Positions 50,128 through 63,354 of a stretch of 64,000 bases of DNA are shown in pieces. A program made the translations under genes and the position numbers. This DNA is from Gekko japonicus (taxonomy: Eukaryota). The notes under the pieces are model-generated. The model searched no databases. It saw nothing but the letters and a program-made list of their open reading frames with translations, and was not told where the DNA came from. The stretch is from positions 1 to 64,000 of the forward strand of contig NW_015159764.1 in NCBI RefSeq assembly GCF_001447785.1, in the 5' to 3' direction. Within the stretch, counting starts at the first letter, position 1. Each line of letters starts with the position of its first letter.

Positions 50128-52944
50128 CCTTAAGTGCTCATATGGCCCTTGGTTACTTAGTGTAGACCTAGTGTAGATCTTGTGGTGTAATTCATTTTGG
50201 AGTGTGGCTGAAACCTTCTCATATAGCTTCATTCTGATATGGCTTCATAAAACCTTCTGTAAATTCATTGAGTAGAAGATGACATGGCAGCCTTATCACT
50301 CAATTTCTGGTCTTTCTTTAAGGGATCACAACTAATACAGGACTTTGTGTATGTCAGGCACAGCTGTTCTCGGCGTTTCCCAGGGCACATCACATTATTT
50401 TGCTTGTTTGCCTATATGTTGTGGATAGATAATGATATAAATATTTACTGCAGGAATGAGTAACCTTATTTACACTTCCAGTTGGGTTTGAAGCCCCACC
50501 TCACCCTAATGAGAATGATTTATCTGCTCCAGAATGCACTGTGTAAACAATACTGTTTAAAAATGGTTACTATGGTAACTGTGTTCTGTGGATTTTTATA
50601 CTCGTATTTTAATATATACCCTTTTTTGTTTCTCGAGTGCTCTTCATGTGAAAATGTTAAAATGAACTTATCACTTGAAAAATGTTGTTCCCCTACCTCC
50701 CCTTCATATTATTTAATCTGGCTGATATGACAGCAGTATCATTTTTCTTGATAATGTGTCTCTGAAAAGACAATAGTCACATTTCAGAAAGAATGAAGGA
50801 AAGAAAACACTCATTTATTACTTTAAAAAAATTAGTCTGCCTTAGGAAAACTTGATTTCCTATGCCGGCCATGTATTAAACAACAAAAGTCGATAGTGTT
50901 TCCTGAAGTCTGTGCTTAGGTCTTTCATCTGTTTCATGTTGCACGGTTTTGTACAGAAGGTTGATCATGCAGCAATACAGTGAGTTGTACAGTAGTGTCC
51001 TTGGGCCAATATGAAGGAAATGTGAACTCCTTGGTCACAAGCGAATTGATCCCCTGTTCAGACTGCCTTGATTTGAGGTCAGTCTCAAATGCCTTCAGAA
51101 CAGCTTTGTAGCTATACAATAGCTACTTGTACTGTTGGGTCATAGCTGTGTTGCATCTTTTCCCGCCTTTCCTTTTAGTAGTCAATGCATGTGTGTGTTC
51201 CAGGGGCATTGTGCTGTAATAGTCCCAAATATATGTTTCAAACTGTTTTAAAAAGTTTTTAGAGGGTGGTTTTTGGTTTTTTTGGGCAGAGGGAAATAAA
51301 CCTCAGCTCTCATAAAGCTATGTGGGAACACATGTGCAGAGATTGTTCTGTTTCTAGACAACTCGACAGCCATTAGCAGACAACAAATTACATTATCCAT
51401 AGTAAGACACACAGGTATAGGAAGGATTAAATCTAAAAATGTAAAACTTTGTGTGTGTGGGGGGGGTTGCCTTTTAACAATTTACCTTTTAAGTTGGAGG
51501 CAGCAACTGTACCACCAGATAGGTAGCAGAGCAAAGGGAGAGGACAGCAGCTATGAGAAATTAATCAAACATGTCTCCTTTTCCACTGAACTTTGCATTC
51601 CATTGCTGCCTGCAGTCCTACAGGTTACAACCCTACCCATTTTATCCACACATCCCTTAATATGGCTGGTGGGGAGGCTGTGGGGGTGTGTGGCTCCATT
51701 TCTAGTAGAAGATGTCTCTGTGGGCACCCCAGAAGATGAGCCAGCACCACTGGTTGAAGACCAGGAGGATCCTGCTTGGGTGGTGGCAATGTTAGGGAAG
51801 ACCGGGGAGGGGGGGTACCCAGCCCCAGGAGACGGGTCAAGCTATTAGGGGAGGTTGACAGATGAGCCTGCCATATCGAGTCACATTTCTGCTGTTTCTG
51901 AGCCATTTCTGTGCCTTACCTAGACCTTTTCTATTGTCCAGAGCACAGCCATGTTAGAATCATCTAGGCCTTTCTGCCTTTTCTAGAAACACAGAGACAA
52001 CCCTGTCTCTCTGGAAAGAAGTGTATCTTATTGTGTCAGCAAGAGATAGCCAGAAGACTGGCTTATTGCCCCTGAAGGTCACTTGTTTGTTACAGAAGAG
52101 TAAGAGTTTGTTACAGAACATACAGTACCAATTTCCAGATAAGACTCCAGAAGGGTCTGCCCTGTTCTATCTTCCCAAAACACCTGCAACATGCACTGAA
52201 CATGTGATTGGTTGGACAGTCACAGCACCAAAGAACTCTCAGACCCAGGATTTTATCTCACAAAGCCTTGAAAGAGGTAACCTGCTGGAGTCCCACTGTG
52301 GCTGGAATAGTGGCAGAGCATGCAGTAGCTTTCCCCCATGGAAAGAAGCCATCTTGTTACAGGGGATGTTGCTGAGTAACCCATGGTCTCTGCTGTTCTC
52401 TTGCACTGGGACGAGTGGCCTGATGGTTAAGCAGCCATTTCTGTCCCTGTTTTGCCCTCCTCACTCATAGTGACAAAACCTAATGTGTGGAGGATCTGGA
52501 TATATCTACCTATGTGTCCAGTCACAAAGGATGTTCTGCATTTTATGGGGACATTTAAGAACACAGCACTTTCTTCTTATCACACTCATGTGTACCTCTT
52601 CCCAAATTGGAATGGCTGGCTTTCCAAGAATGTATATATATATATATTAAAATCTGAATCATAATTTCCTTTTTGTACTCAGATAAATGAATTCATTATT
52701 TTTAATTAAAAGAAATGTTTTTATCCAGCTTTGCAGCCACAATAATATAAATGAGCTATTGTACAAAGAGAGTTCATCCATTGTAAGGAGCTTTAGATCT
52801 CTACCTTCACAAAACAGAATTGGATTTGCTGGACAAAAGATCATCACCCTATTAGGAAAGTGAAAATCCTTCTCCTCAGTGCACCAATTTTCTATAGAGA
52901 GGGCGATACTTTTAATTGTGTGGAAGCACTGAAAAATAGGCCTT

Positions 52945-53192
52945 AGAGCCAGTATTAAGCCAGTGGTTAAGAGTGGCAGACTCTAATCTGGAGAACCAGG
53001 CTTGATTCCCCACTCCTCCACTTGAAGTCTAATGGGTGACTTTGGGCCAGTCACAGTTCTCATGGAACTTTCCCAGCCCTACCTACCTCACAAGGTGCTT
53101 GTTGTGGGGAGAGGAAGCAAAAGGTGACTGTAAGCCACTTTGAGACTCCTTATGGTAAAGAAAAGTGGGTTATAAAAACCCACTCTTCTTCT
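52945..53192 (+). mobile_element. tRNA/CORE SINE (Squam3-like)
   Basis: AGTGGTTAAGAG A-box, core, TGTAAGCCACTTTGAG and CTTCTTCT tail. Confidence 0.85.
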
Positions 53193-53640
53193 GATTTTTT
53201 TTTGTATGAAGTGAGAATTTTTTACATTGAAGAATTTGTGCTCTAAACTAGGGATGGGCACAAAGCAGGAAAATGCAGTTTGGTTTGTGATTCGTTACAG
53301 GCCCCGTTTGTGAACCATGGACCATCACAAATTTTGGGATGCTTTATAAACCGGTTCAGTTTGTGAGATTCATGATGCAGCCTGCCAGTGTGCTAGATAC
53401 ATGAAACTCACAGGAGATTTTTTTTTTTGTACAAAGTGAGAATTTTTTACATTGAAGACTTTGTGCTCTAAACTAGGGATGGGCACAAAGCAGGAAAATG
53501 CAGTTTGGTTTGTGATTCATTACAGGCCCCATTTGTGAACCATGGACCATCACAAATTTTGGGATACTTTATAAACCGGTTCAGTTTGTGAGATTCATGA
53601 TGCAGCCTGCCAGTGTGCTAGATACATGAAACTCAGGAGA
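53193..53640. repeat. ~223-bp tandem duplication
   Basis: 53193-53415 and 53416-53640 are near-identical. Confidence 0.93.
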
Positions 53641-54569
53641 TTTCCAGCTGACTCTCCTCTACCTGCCTTTCAAGTTTGGTGAAGATTGGATTTATGGGGT
53701 CCAAGTTATGCCCCTCCCCCAAGAAGGCGACCCCAGGAAAGTCCCCCCTGTGCGGCTTCTTTCCCATGCATATTTGTGCCTCTTACTTGCACAGGGTCCA
53801 TTCTATACAGTCCTGAACCACTTGAACCTGCACCTGTCAAAATGACCACTGCAGTCATTTTGACAGGTGCAATTTCAGGAGGTTCAGTAGCATATAGAAC
53901 ATATCCTGTGCACGCTAGAGACACAAAACTTAAAGGCATGTAGAGCAGCAACTGGGGGAGGTCTGCTGCTAGTTTGGTGTCTCTAGCTTGCACAGGATCC
54001 ATTCTATACACTTTTGAACTTCCTGAACCTGTGCTTGTCAAAATGACCAAGGTTCAGGAGTGTATAGAAGGGATCCTCTGCAAGCTAGAGACATCAAAGT
54101 CACAGGGGACCCCCCTCTGGATGCTCTTCTACATGCCCTCCAGATTGTTGCTTTGAAGTTTTGTAAACATTTTGATTGAGTGGAGAATGTCTGGGAATGT
54201 ATCCACTCACAAATTGGCATGAACATCCACAAATCACATCAAAGTTTGTGGAAAGTTTGTACCAGTCACCCTCAATGCTCCCTCTAAGCTGTCGAGTCTT
54301 GTGAGTAAAAATTCTACTTTGTGAGCTACTGGCATTCAAGTTGTGAGCAAGCGATTTGGCTCCTGCATAAATTAGTTTGCTCTGGAGCCCTCCTTCCTGA
54401 GCTAAGTCAAAAATGTGTGAGCTGGAGGTTAAAAAACTGTGAGCTAGCTCACACTAACTCAGCTTAGAGGGAACACTGGTCACCCTGCCATGCACTTGAC
54501 TTCACAAAGTACAAACTGGCCAAAATGCACCATGAACTTTAGTCTGCAAGCCAGTTTGTTCTATCCCTA
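53474..54569. mobile_element. hAT MITE (TAGGGATGGGCAC TIR) with internal palindromes and a nested MITE
   Basis: TSD CTCTAAAC (53466-53473, 54570-54577). Internal palindromes at 53776-53925 and 53978-54093. Confidence 0.8.
54273..54478. mobile_element. hAT MITE (same family as 17673-17878)
   Basis: 8-bp TSD GTCACCCT and TIR CTTAGAGGGAACACTG. Confidence 0.9.
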
Positions 54570-55024
54570 CTCTAAACAACTCCAACCTGAAGTTTGGCTC
54601 CATTGTTACTAAGTACCATAAAAATTATATTAATCATAATGGTATCTTCCACCTTCAAGCTTGTCATCATGAGAAGCATTTCATATATTGTACAATCATT
54701 GATAGATCTAGTTCTTAACATGGTCAAATCTATGTGGATACAAATCTGGAGACTGGAGTCATGAACAGACAAGACAGATCTTTCTGTAAACCCGAAAAGT
54801 GCCCCAAGTTTGCAACAACAACAACAAAATCTGAAATCTAAAAATGAAATGCACTGGGGATTAACACCCCCCCCCCCAACCGAAGCAGTGCCAGTGGCTT
54901 TAAGAAATTTATGCTCTCAGTGGCCATTGCTAGGCAACTACAACGATATTGCCAGAGTTTAAGCTGTGGTTTGTCATTTACCAGGGTCAAGCCTGGCAGC
55001 AACCACTGAGCCACTGCAGATAGT

Positions 55025-57600
55025 ATAACATTAAGATACACCAACATAAAAAGTGTGTCAATATTTAGGATATATTAGATCACAAAAATACATTGGGATG
55101 CTAACTGCTTGGGGAATGCCAACTATGAAGGTTGAGCAAACTCTTCTTGATCTTATTGCTGTAGTTTTATAATCCAGATGTTTCAAATGAATTTCAATCA
55201 GATGTCTTAGTTCATTGACATTTACTCTCCCCAACAATTCTGTTGAAATCCCTAGGCTTATTAGCTTATAATTCACCAATTTATCACAGTTGCTCTTATG
55301 ATTGTTTAATTTAATAAGACCGAGCAAACTTAGCTCCATATCTGATTGCAGGATCTTTAACTTTAAATTAAATGCCCTCCTCCATGTCCTTGTTTTGTGA
55401 GAGATTTCACCCACTTCAGCTCTTAGAAGGCCAGCCACACATTTGGAGGCCCCCAATATACCATGAAGAAAGTTAATTAGTGGTTGATCTATATTCTCAG
55501 TAACAGCCTCTATCTATACACCAGGCACATATAACAACTGGCCAGCTACCTTAGAGTTAAATACTCGAAGCGCTGAAGGTACATATTATCCCCCCGATGT
55601 ATAAAAAAACTAGTGATTGGTCTGGTGTTCACGAATAGTTACAAAAAATGTTAAAATGTAATATACCTTATGTACCAGAGTTGTTTTTATTGAATATATT
55701 GCCAGAAAATTATAAAAAAACAAGACATATCTTATTATACATGTAGTGACAGCAGCAAGAATATTATATGCCAAATACTGGAGGAAAAATGAGGTACCTT
55801 CAAAAGAAGAAATTATGAGAAAAATGGACAAACTTTATTTACTTTTGAAAGGACAAAATGAAGAAAACTTTGAGAATACATGGTCAAGATTTTATAAATG
55901 GATGGAAAAAAAACAAATAAATTTTGTGGACATATAACCGAAATACAAGGAAATAAGAACTATAATTTGGTTTTTTAATTTTTAATTACAAAGATATATT
56001 TTAAAATATAAGGTGGAAAAAACTGAAAAATACAATTTGGTAGCGTATGAGGTACTTTAACAGAAACTTTTATGTTGTAAATGGAAACTCCCCTTCTTCT
56101 ATGTTTGTTTGTTTGTTTATTTTATGTTTTGTCTTGTATGGAAAATAAAATCGTTGTTTAAAAAAAACCCTAGAGATTGCTTTCCCAATGTTGTTCCCAG
56201 CTCTTATTACTGATGTCACGTGAGTTTTCCACAAAAGATCAGCACTGAACAGTACCCCCATGTATTTAAACTGAGTGACCTGTTGCATAAGCAGACCGGC
56301 CATGGTTCATTTATAATCTGCTACTTTCTGTTTTCTACTAAAAATAGCAACCTTAGACTTTGCTACATTAATTACCAAACCTTCCTTACAGCAGTACTTA
56401 GAAAATAGACAGATAAGTTTACCCAGGCCCACTATGGGTCTACACAGCAAGACAGTGTCATCTGCATACAGGAGAAATGGTAATTTCACAGATAGGAGAT
56501 AAGGCGAGTGACAATCCTCTCATAACATAATTAGAATTAAGATCATTGATACATAGATTAAATAACAGAGGGGCCAAAATGCATCCTTGTTTAATGGCTT
56601 TATCTAGTGAAACAGGATCTGACAGTTCTCCTGAAGGGCTGCATCCAACTTGGGCTGTTGAGTGGTCATAATGCTGATAAATAAGGAATAAAAGTCATTT
56701 GTCCATAGATAGTTTTCCAAATTTTGCCCATAGTTTATCGCTAGGTGTAATGTCAAAAGCGTTTTTAAGATCCATGAATGCCACAGTTAACGATCCCTTC
56801 TTATTACCGTATATTTATACTGTATATTTACTGAGAATAAACTGTAGAACATGGTAGTGATCAGTTGCAGTCATTCTTTTTTCGGAGCCAGACTGTTATT
56901 TCCCCAAGACTATGTTGTTTTCTAACCAACTTACCAACTTGCCATACAGCAGGGTTGCATATAATTTACCCACAACTGATAACAGGCTGATAGGGCAGTA
57001 ATTACTGGGGTCTGATGGGTTTTCTTTTCTTATGTATTGACGTAAGGATAACATAATGCCAAATCCTAGGCATTATACCTGCATCATTAAGTTGCATAAA
57101 AATTGGTGCCAAAACTTCTGCCCACCAAGCTGGGTTTGAATAATTTATAGAAAACTATGTCTGGGCCAGGAGTTTTACCTGACTTCATTTGTATTATTAA
57201 AGTTCTAACTTCTTCAACTGAGACAGGAGGCCACACACTGGTGCCAGAAGATAAAGCCAGCTGAGCATTTGAGTCAGCCAGAGATGGATCAGAAAATAGA
57301 GCTCTAAAATGTTCTTTCCAGCAATCAGCAAAAATATGATATAAAACCAGAATTAAATTTTTAGAGTATAGCATTCCAAAAAGATTTACTACCTTTCTGC
57401 TTAGTGTTTTGATACCTTGCTGCACAAGGACTGAGGATTTGTGGGAGCTTAAAAACATGGCTCTTGGGGGAGGGGAATTATTGGGTAGCAGCATAAATGG
57501 TTTCCAGACCATCCTCTGTGAGCTTATCAGAGGCACCCCAATAAGATCTGTAATACCAGACAAGCTCGCCACAAATCATTAGTGATTTTTCTCTGCAATG
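55025..57600 (-). mobile_element. LINE (RTE-X-like) reverse-transcriptase relic
   Basis: KSGKTPGPD, SNYCPISLLSVVGKLYA, VAFMDLKNAFD, KQGCILAPLLFNL, LPFLLYADDTVLL and QFKYMGV motifs with stops and frameshifts. Confidence 0.88.
55620..56160 (+). mobile_element. L1 3' end inserted into the LINE
   Basis: TAARILYAKYWRKNEVPSKEE...FENTWSRFYKW, AATAAA and A-tail. Degenerate TSD AAAAAAAC(CC)TAG(T/A)GATTG. Confidence 0.75.
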
Positions 57601-57616
57601 CTTAGGTATAAAGGGA

Positions 57617-57836
57617 TTAGTAACAGTTATGCAAGGTTTTGTTTTGTTTTTGGAAATGTGCAAAGTGGTCCCTGAAGACAGAAAGTTGAAAACCTCTCTA
57701 GTATACGGTTGCATACAGTTGTTAGTAACAGTTGTTTAGTAACAGCTATGCAAGGTTTTGCTTTGTTTTTGGAAATGTGCAAAGTGGTCCCTGAAGACAG
57801 AAAGCTGAACACCTCTCTAGTATACCATTGTATAAC
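57617..57836. repeat. ~120-bp tandem duplication
   Basis: TAGTAACAG(T/C)TATGCAAGGTTTTG...CTCTAGTATAC occurs twice. Confidence 0.9.
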
Positions 57837-57874
57837 AGCTACCAATAAGTTCAAATATCAATATGTCTAATTCT

Positions 57875-58508
57875 TGACATGGCCCAATTTAGGTGTCATC
57901 ACCTCCTCCAGCCCACTCAGTTATTCTGCCTCAGAATAACTAGAGGAGGAGCCAAGGTTAGTTCCTGAGGAGAACCAGAGGAACCAGCAAGAGCCCGGCA
58001 CTACAGACCCACCTGCAGATGGTGCCCCTCAGTGTCAGAGGCCACCTTGCCAGAGCCTGCAAGGGAAGCCTCTCCATCAGCTCCAGAGACAGTTTCCAGG
58101 CCTCTGCCATGCAGGACTCAAGCCTGACCCTGTAGCCACCCAGAACCCTCTTCCAGTCCATAGGAATGCTGATGGCAGAGGGCCTAGGCTGAAGTGGCAC
58201 AAAGGAAGTGAAGGGCCAGGCTGGCTGCACACAACACCAGGGTAGAGCCATGCACTGAGGGTGAGTCCTTGCAGGATCCTATCCAGAGAGCAGAGCCATC
58301 TCTGGAACTCCAGCACCTGTCAGCAATACAGGGGGACTTAATTACCTCCCAGCCTACTTAAACAGGGGTCTGGGAAAAAAAAAAACAGTTTGCAAAGTCA
58401 TAGTCCTTGCTTGCTTCTGACCCTGCTCAGTGACCAACTGCATGGTAAGTCCTGACTCTTGGGGAGACCAGTATGGATACTTAAATCCAGAGAGTATGGC
58501 CACGGACA
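57875..58508 (+). mobile_element. Probable solo LTR (Gypsy-like)
   Basis: GC-richer block with TG.../...GACA ends and a TACTTAAA TATA-like box. TSD not resolved. Confidence 0.4.
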
Positions 58509-58851
58509 GAATTAAGAGACCTTTCTACAAACCTGAGAAAATCTATAAAAATACATTAGGGGCATTAAAATTCTCCAACATGATAGTAGTGGTTATAGCT
58601 TAAAGAAATAAATACCCCCAGTGATCATTGCTAGGCAACTGCAACAGTATTGGCAGGTTTTAAGCCTTGGTTTTTGCCAGTAGTGGGAAAATGGAGGGAG
58701 CCAGGCCCTTCCCAGGGCTGTTTTGGCCTTTGAGAAAGGACTCATCATGATCAGGCCTGGCAGAGCAACCACTGGGAAATTTGCTGCCACATGTCTTGCA
58801 TGACTCACCTAGGCCTGGCTGCATACTCCTGTTCAACAATTGCCTCCTACA

Positions 58852-58985
58852 AGAGCCAGTGTGGTATAACAATTAGAATTTCATACTAGGATCTGGGAGA
58901 CCCAGGTTCAAATCCCCATTCTATTGTGGAAGCTCACTGGGTTACATTAGACCAGTTACACATTTTTAGCCTAGCTTACCTCATA
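58852..58985 (+). mobile_element. 5' half of tRNA/CORE SINE
   Basis: GAGCCAGTGTGGTATA and GGTTCAAATCCCC B-box. Confidence 0.7.
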
Positions 58986-60132
58986 GCAACCCCCTTCTCA
59001 TTTTTTGTGCATGTTTATATTTCTGTATCAGCATGGTGTTGTAATGATGATTCAAGCAGGTTCTCTGAATTTCCAGCTTTCTAAAAAAGTGAGCCCCTAT
59101 CCCCTTTCATCATAGAGGCCTGCTTTTTTTTTCTTATAGCTTCATGAGGGAAAAGGATAGAGGCTTCCTTTTTTTTCTAATGAAAGCTGGGAATTCAGAG
59201 AAGCTGCTACAACTATCATCACAACACTGTATTGATATGTCAATATTTTAGTGCTATTAAAATAAAGGAAAAAGAAAGCCATGCATCTTCAGGGCTCAGG
59301 GGAGGAGAGCAGTTTGATGATGATAACACTCCAACCATTGAAAAAGTAGGCTGGAGGTAGGTGGGATTGTGTGAGACAAAAAACCAACAGAAACATCATG
59401 TACAAGGGGAAAAAAACAACAACTCAAAATAGCCTTCCAGAAAGAAAGAAAAAAGATAGGGGTAAATGTGCTCTCAAAAGAAATGGATTCCCCCAGAGGG
59501 GGAGGAAAAACTAAAAGTACAAAAATGTGTGTGGAAACCAGGGGCTAAATTGAAGCAGCATGGGGCCAGAACCAAGGGGGGAAAACCCATGTGGAAAAGC
59601 CCTCAGGCTAAAATCTGTAGCTGAGGAGGATTTTTGGAACAAATTAGATTCTCCTCTAGTATGAGCACCGGGTGTGATGGTGTTAAGGTATTTCACTGTG
59701 TACAGAATTGAATGTACTGGTTTTAACTCCCCTTCTTCCTTCACATTGTGGAAGGACTTCAGCTGGAACCTGGGGTTGCAGCCTAGCTGAAATCCATTGG
59801 AATCTCCAATAGATTTGAGGCATACTCTTAGATTTTAAGGGCTTCGGAAATAACTTGGAAAGAACCCTCGTCCTTTGAATGGATGGTTGGGTGTCTAACA
59901 CACCAGCATTAAAGGGTAATGGTAGCATTGCTAACTGTGCCATGCACAATGAACATGAGTGTTGGCCAATACAGCACAAATGTCTCTTTGGGGAATAAGA
60001 GGGAAGTGGTCTGTTTCAGTGGCACCTATCCATGTCAGCATCTGAAGTTACTGTGTAAGGTCAGGAACTGCAAACGGTAAAAAGCAGCTGGTATAGCTTC
60101 TTTCTCTCTCTCTCTCCCCCCCCCCCCCCCAG

Positions 60133-60215
60133 GTGCAGGAAGGCTGTAAATTTGTAGAGATGACATTTTTATTCTTGGCTGCAACAGTCTGGCTTCAGCC
60201 CAGATGGAGACCGAG
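60133..60215 (+). other. Candidate spliced exon with possible start codon (ATG at 60204: M-E-T-E)
   Basis: Long polypyrimidine tract (60097-60130) + AG acceptor, 83-nt exon and donor GAG|GTGGTT, in non-repetitive flanks. Gene not recognised. Confidence 0.45.
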
Positions 60216-60777
60216 GTGGTTTGTTTTTAAACGAATGTTCCAAATGCCAGTGAAGATGAAAGAATTCTTTTTTAAAAGACTTTGCAGCTATCATTTAAGA
60301 AATGCTACAGTCTTTCTGATAAACTTATTCTTGCTAACAACAAATTTCCAGAGAACTAGCAGTGATTTTATATTCTTTTTAAGGAGAGCGCTGAGCTAAA
60401 AGGCCATATCTATGCGTCATACCATTAATTATAATTTTTATTTTTTGTTTTTAACATATCAAAAGCTGTAGGTTTTCTGTTTGTCATTTTTAGTTATCAT
60501 GTTTGTTGCTCATCCCAGCAGGGGATAGTGTCTTGTTGAGACCAGAAATGAAGCCTGAAGCTTTTTACTGGCAGCCAAGGGTTATCACATGACCTACTCT
60601 GGCCTATTGCTGTTCAAGTGGCTTCTTTGTGGTTTTACATAGTTCCTTCCTTTGCCCAGGGCTTGGTATGACTCAGAGATTGCGTCCATGACTGCTATGC
60701 CTTTGGTCTGCCTGTTTGGACTGTAACCTTAATTTTATTTATTTTCACTAATCTAAATTTAATAGCTTTGATCCCAT

Positions 60778-60835
60778 GGAAACTCTGGTGAAGGAGATTC
60801 TCTGGTGAAGGAAACTCTGGTGAAGGAAACTCTGC
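60778..60835. repeat. 15-bp minisatellite GGAAACTCTGGTGAA
   Basis: About 3.5 copies are visible. Confidence 0.8.
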
Positions 60836-61629
60836 CAGGAGATTGGGACTTCCTTGCTTCCCCTCTCCTGTTGCAGCACAAAATGCCACCATAAGTGCTA
60901 GTCCTGGGCAATAAGAGGACCCTGGAGGACTACAGCAGAAGGGGGGGGCACTGGCAAAAATTTCCACTCTGTTGTCAGTGGAGATTTTCTGGTGGATCCA
61001 ATTCTATGTAGTGTAACCAACTATCTTCCCTCCTGTTGCAGCCCTCTTTGGGCCAAAATATACAATATGAAACCCAGGTGTTCCCATCCTGACTCACAGT
61101 TATACATTACAGAGGCAATTCACCTCTAAAAAGCTTTCCATTTCTCTGTTTGGCTGCAAACGGGGTGCAAGGGAAGGAAAGGCTCTGGGCGTTCCTCCTG
61201 TGGCATTTTCGCCTACCAAAACTGCTCCTCTCTCTGGTGTCATGTGCCCATTTCTGGTGGTAACAATGTCAAGGGAGGGAAGTCATAAGCCCCTTGGTTT
61301 GCAGCCAAGCAGATAAATTAAGAGCTTTTAAAAGGTGAGTGTACACTAGAACATATAACTTTCAATCCGATCAGGAAGCCTTGCCCTGGCATGTGGATTT
61401 TGTATTGTGCAATTTGGCCCTTAGCTCCCTGAAATGTTTTCCTGTGATTTTACAAATGCTCTGGAACAACAGTGTGGGCAGAGTAGGGGTGATAAGGGTG
61501 AATTGATGGAAATTACCACCTCATCCTCTGTAACCAGAAACACTGTCTGAGGAACTACAAGGTTGGATAAATCCTATTTTGATGGATGCTAATAACAGGG
61601 AATTTTTTAGCCTAATCCATTGCCTCCCA

Positions 61630-62420
61630 GTCGGGATAACGAGACAGACAACAGTTTGGAGTAAACAAAGGCCACTTTATTAACTATTTAACATAACATT
61701 GCAGCAAGGGACCAGCTAAGCAAGCACGGAACAGGCAAGGCAGTTGTCACTCCCCTGACCAACCTCCTTGCCCTGTTCTCGGGCGGGTCACCCAGCTCCG
61801 GTCTTGAGCCATTGGTCTGGCTTGCGACCGGCAGCCCAGCAAACTGGTCGCCACCTAGGAGCACCTACCTTTGAAGCCTGACAACTTGCAGGGAGGAGCA
61901 TACCCTAAGAGGTTCCCAGAGGAGGTGATCACCATTCCCCACTCTGGACCTGAAAATCCAAAGGCAGTTCCTGATGACCCCCTGTTCCCTAATGGGGAAA
62001 ATGCCGTAAGGTGCGCACCGGTTCCGGTTTCTTGCCTGCATCAACCTGCCAAGTGACCAACCTACTTAACTGCTGACCACCACATCCATCACTTCAATCC
62101 ACTGCTCTCAGTGCAAGGTAGGCAAAAACACCTCCACCCAATTGGCCAATTCCAGGTAAAAGTGAAAAATTCCTACCTGGCCCCAGTAGGCAACCAGCAA
62201 AAGCCTGCACTAAGAACAGGGCGGGAGGGTGGTAGAGCACAAGTCAGCAACTGTCCCAGCGGTTTAGCCAAGCAAGCTCTGCCCACCCCACCCCACCCAC
62301 ATCATGACACTGTGCATCATGATTCTGTTGCTGCCCTGACTCCTCCGGGGCAACAAAACAGCCCCCGGACCTCATCGACTTCATCGGGAGGCCGGGAACT
62401 CCAAAATGTTTGTCTTCTGA
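61630..62420 (-). mobile_element. LTR-like / DIRS-Ngaro-like terminal repeat
   Basis: Minus-strand AATAAAGTGGCC poly(A) signal near the end, CpG-rich, and shares a segment with 27020-27150. Confidence 0.45.
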
Positions 62421-63127
62421 TGTAAGTTCCACCCAATTCAATCGAGTTTATCCTCAAATAAATGAGGCTTTGCTGCCTTAATTAGGCCTAAGCCAAAGGC
62501 TTAAAGCAAGGAGCACATTTAGCCTGCAATCATGTGAACTTTTACTATTAAGTCCCATTGAATTTGCTGCAATTTACTTCTTAGTAAACAATCTAAGGAT
62601 CTTACTGCACAGGTACCTCCTTTTATTCAGTGATGCATGGGTCATAATTTTTATATTCTTTTGTATAATTAATTTTGTCTTCATTTTCAGCATGAATAAA
62701 TGTTCCCAATTTTTTTTCTGGAAGGTTTTGTTCTGTAATTCAGTTGTGACAACCAGCTGGCTGGGAGAGTTCTGTACCAGCTCTTGTACCATCAAGCCGG
62801 AAAGCCTATCATGATAATGAGGCGTTTGATCAGCAGAGCAGTAAATGTGCCTGGGAATTTTTTTTAGTCATTTAGGATTGCCAGACTTTAAGAAGTTTTT
62901 AGCACCACTTTAGGTTTTGTGTTTTGTTTTTTTTTAATGTGTAGATTCCAAAGCTTTTTCAGCAGGAGAATGAAATATCTCTGCATTCATTCCTTTTTGA
63001 TACTGGAGATGGTTCTGTGGCCAGCTGCAAAAATCCATATGCCCAAAAGTTAGTGAGAAATTGGTCCTGTTGTTCAAGAAGGCAGAAAGCCTTCCCCTGC
63101 CCCCATCCAATGATGTGTGTCTATAGA

Positions 63128-63354
63128 TTGTTGTAGATTTTCTGGGCTGTATGGCCGTAGTCTTGGCATTGTAGTACCTGATGTTTCGCCAGCAGCTGTG
63201 ACTGGCATCCTCAGAGGTATAACACAGAAATATGGCATACTCTCTGTGTCAACCTTGAGGATGCCAGCCACAGCTGCTGGCGAAACGTCAGGTACTACAA
63301 TGCCAAGGCCATGACCATACAGCCCGGAAAATCTACAACTAATGAACTCCAGCC
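63128..63354. mobile_element. Palindromic Penelope-like element with minimal hammerhead ribozyme motifs
   Basis: Arms 63130-~63227 / ~63244-63339, 11-bp TSD GTGTCTATAGA (63117-63127, 63355-63365), and CTGAGGA-T-GCCAG..CTGGC-GAAAC core. Confidence 0.85.
63175..63219 (-). ncRNA. Minimal type-I hammerhead ribozyme motif (possibly inactivated)
   Basis: UACCU-CUGAGGA-U-GCCAG[UCACAGCUG]CUGGC-GAAA-C-AUC-AGGUA: stem I, core, stem II and NUH site are all present. Confidence 0.65.

Noticed and set aside
60778-60835. CRISPR-like repeat
   Set aside because: Head-to-tail minisatellite without spacers in a vertebrate genome.
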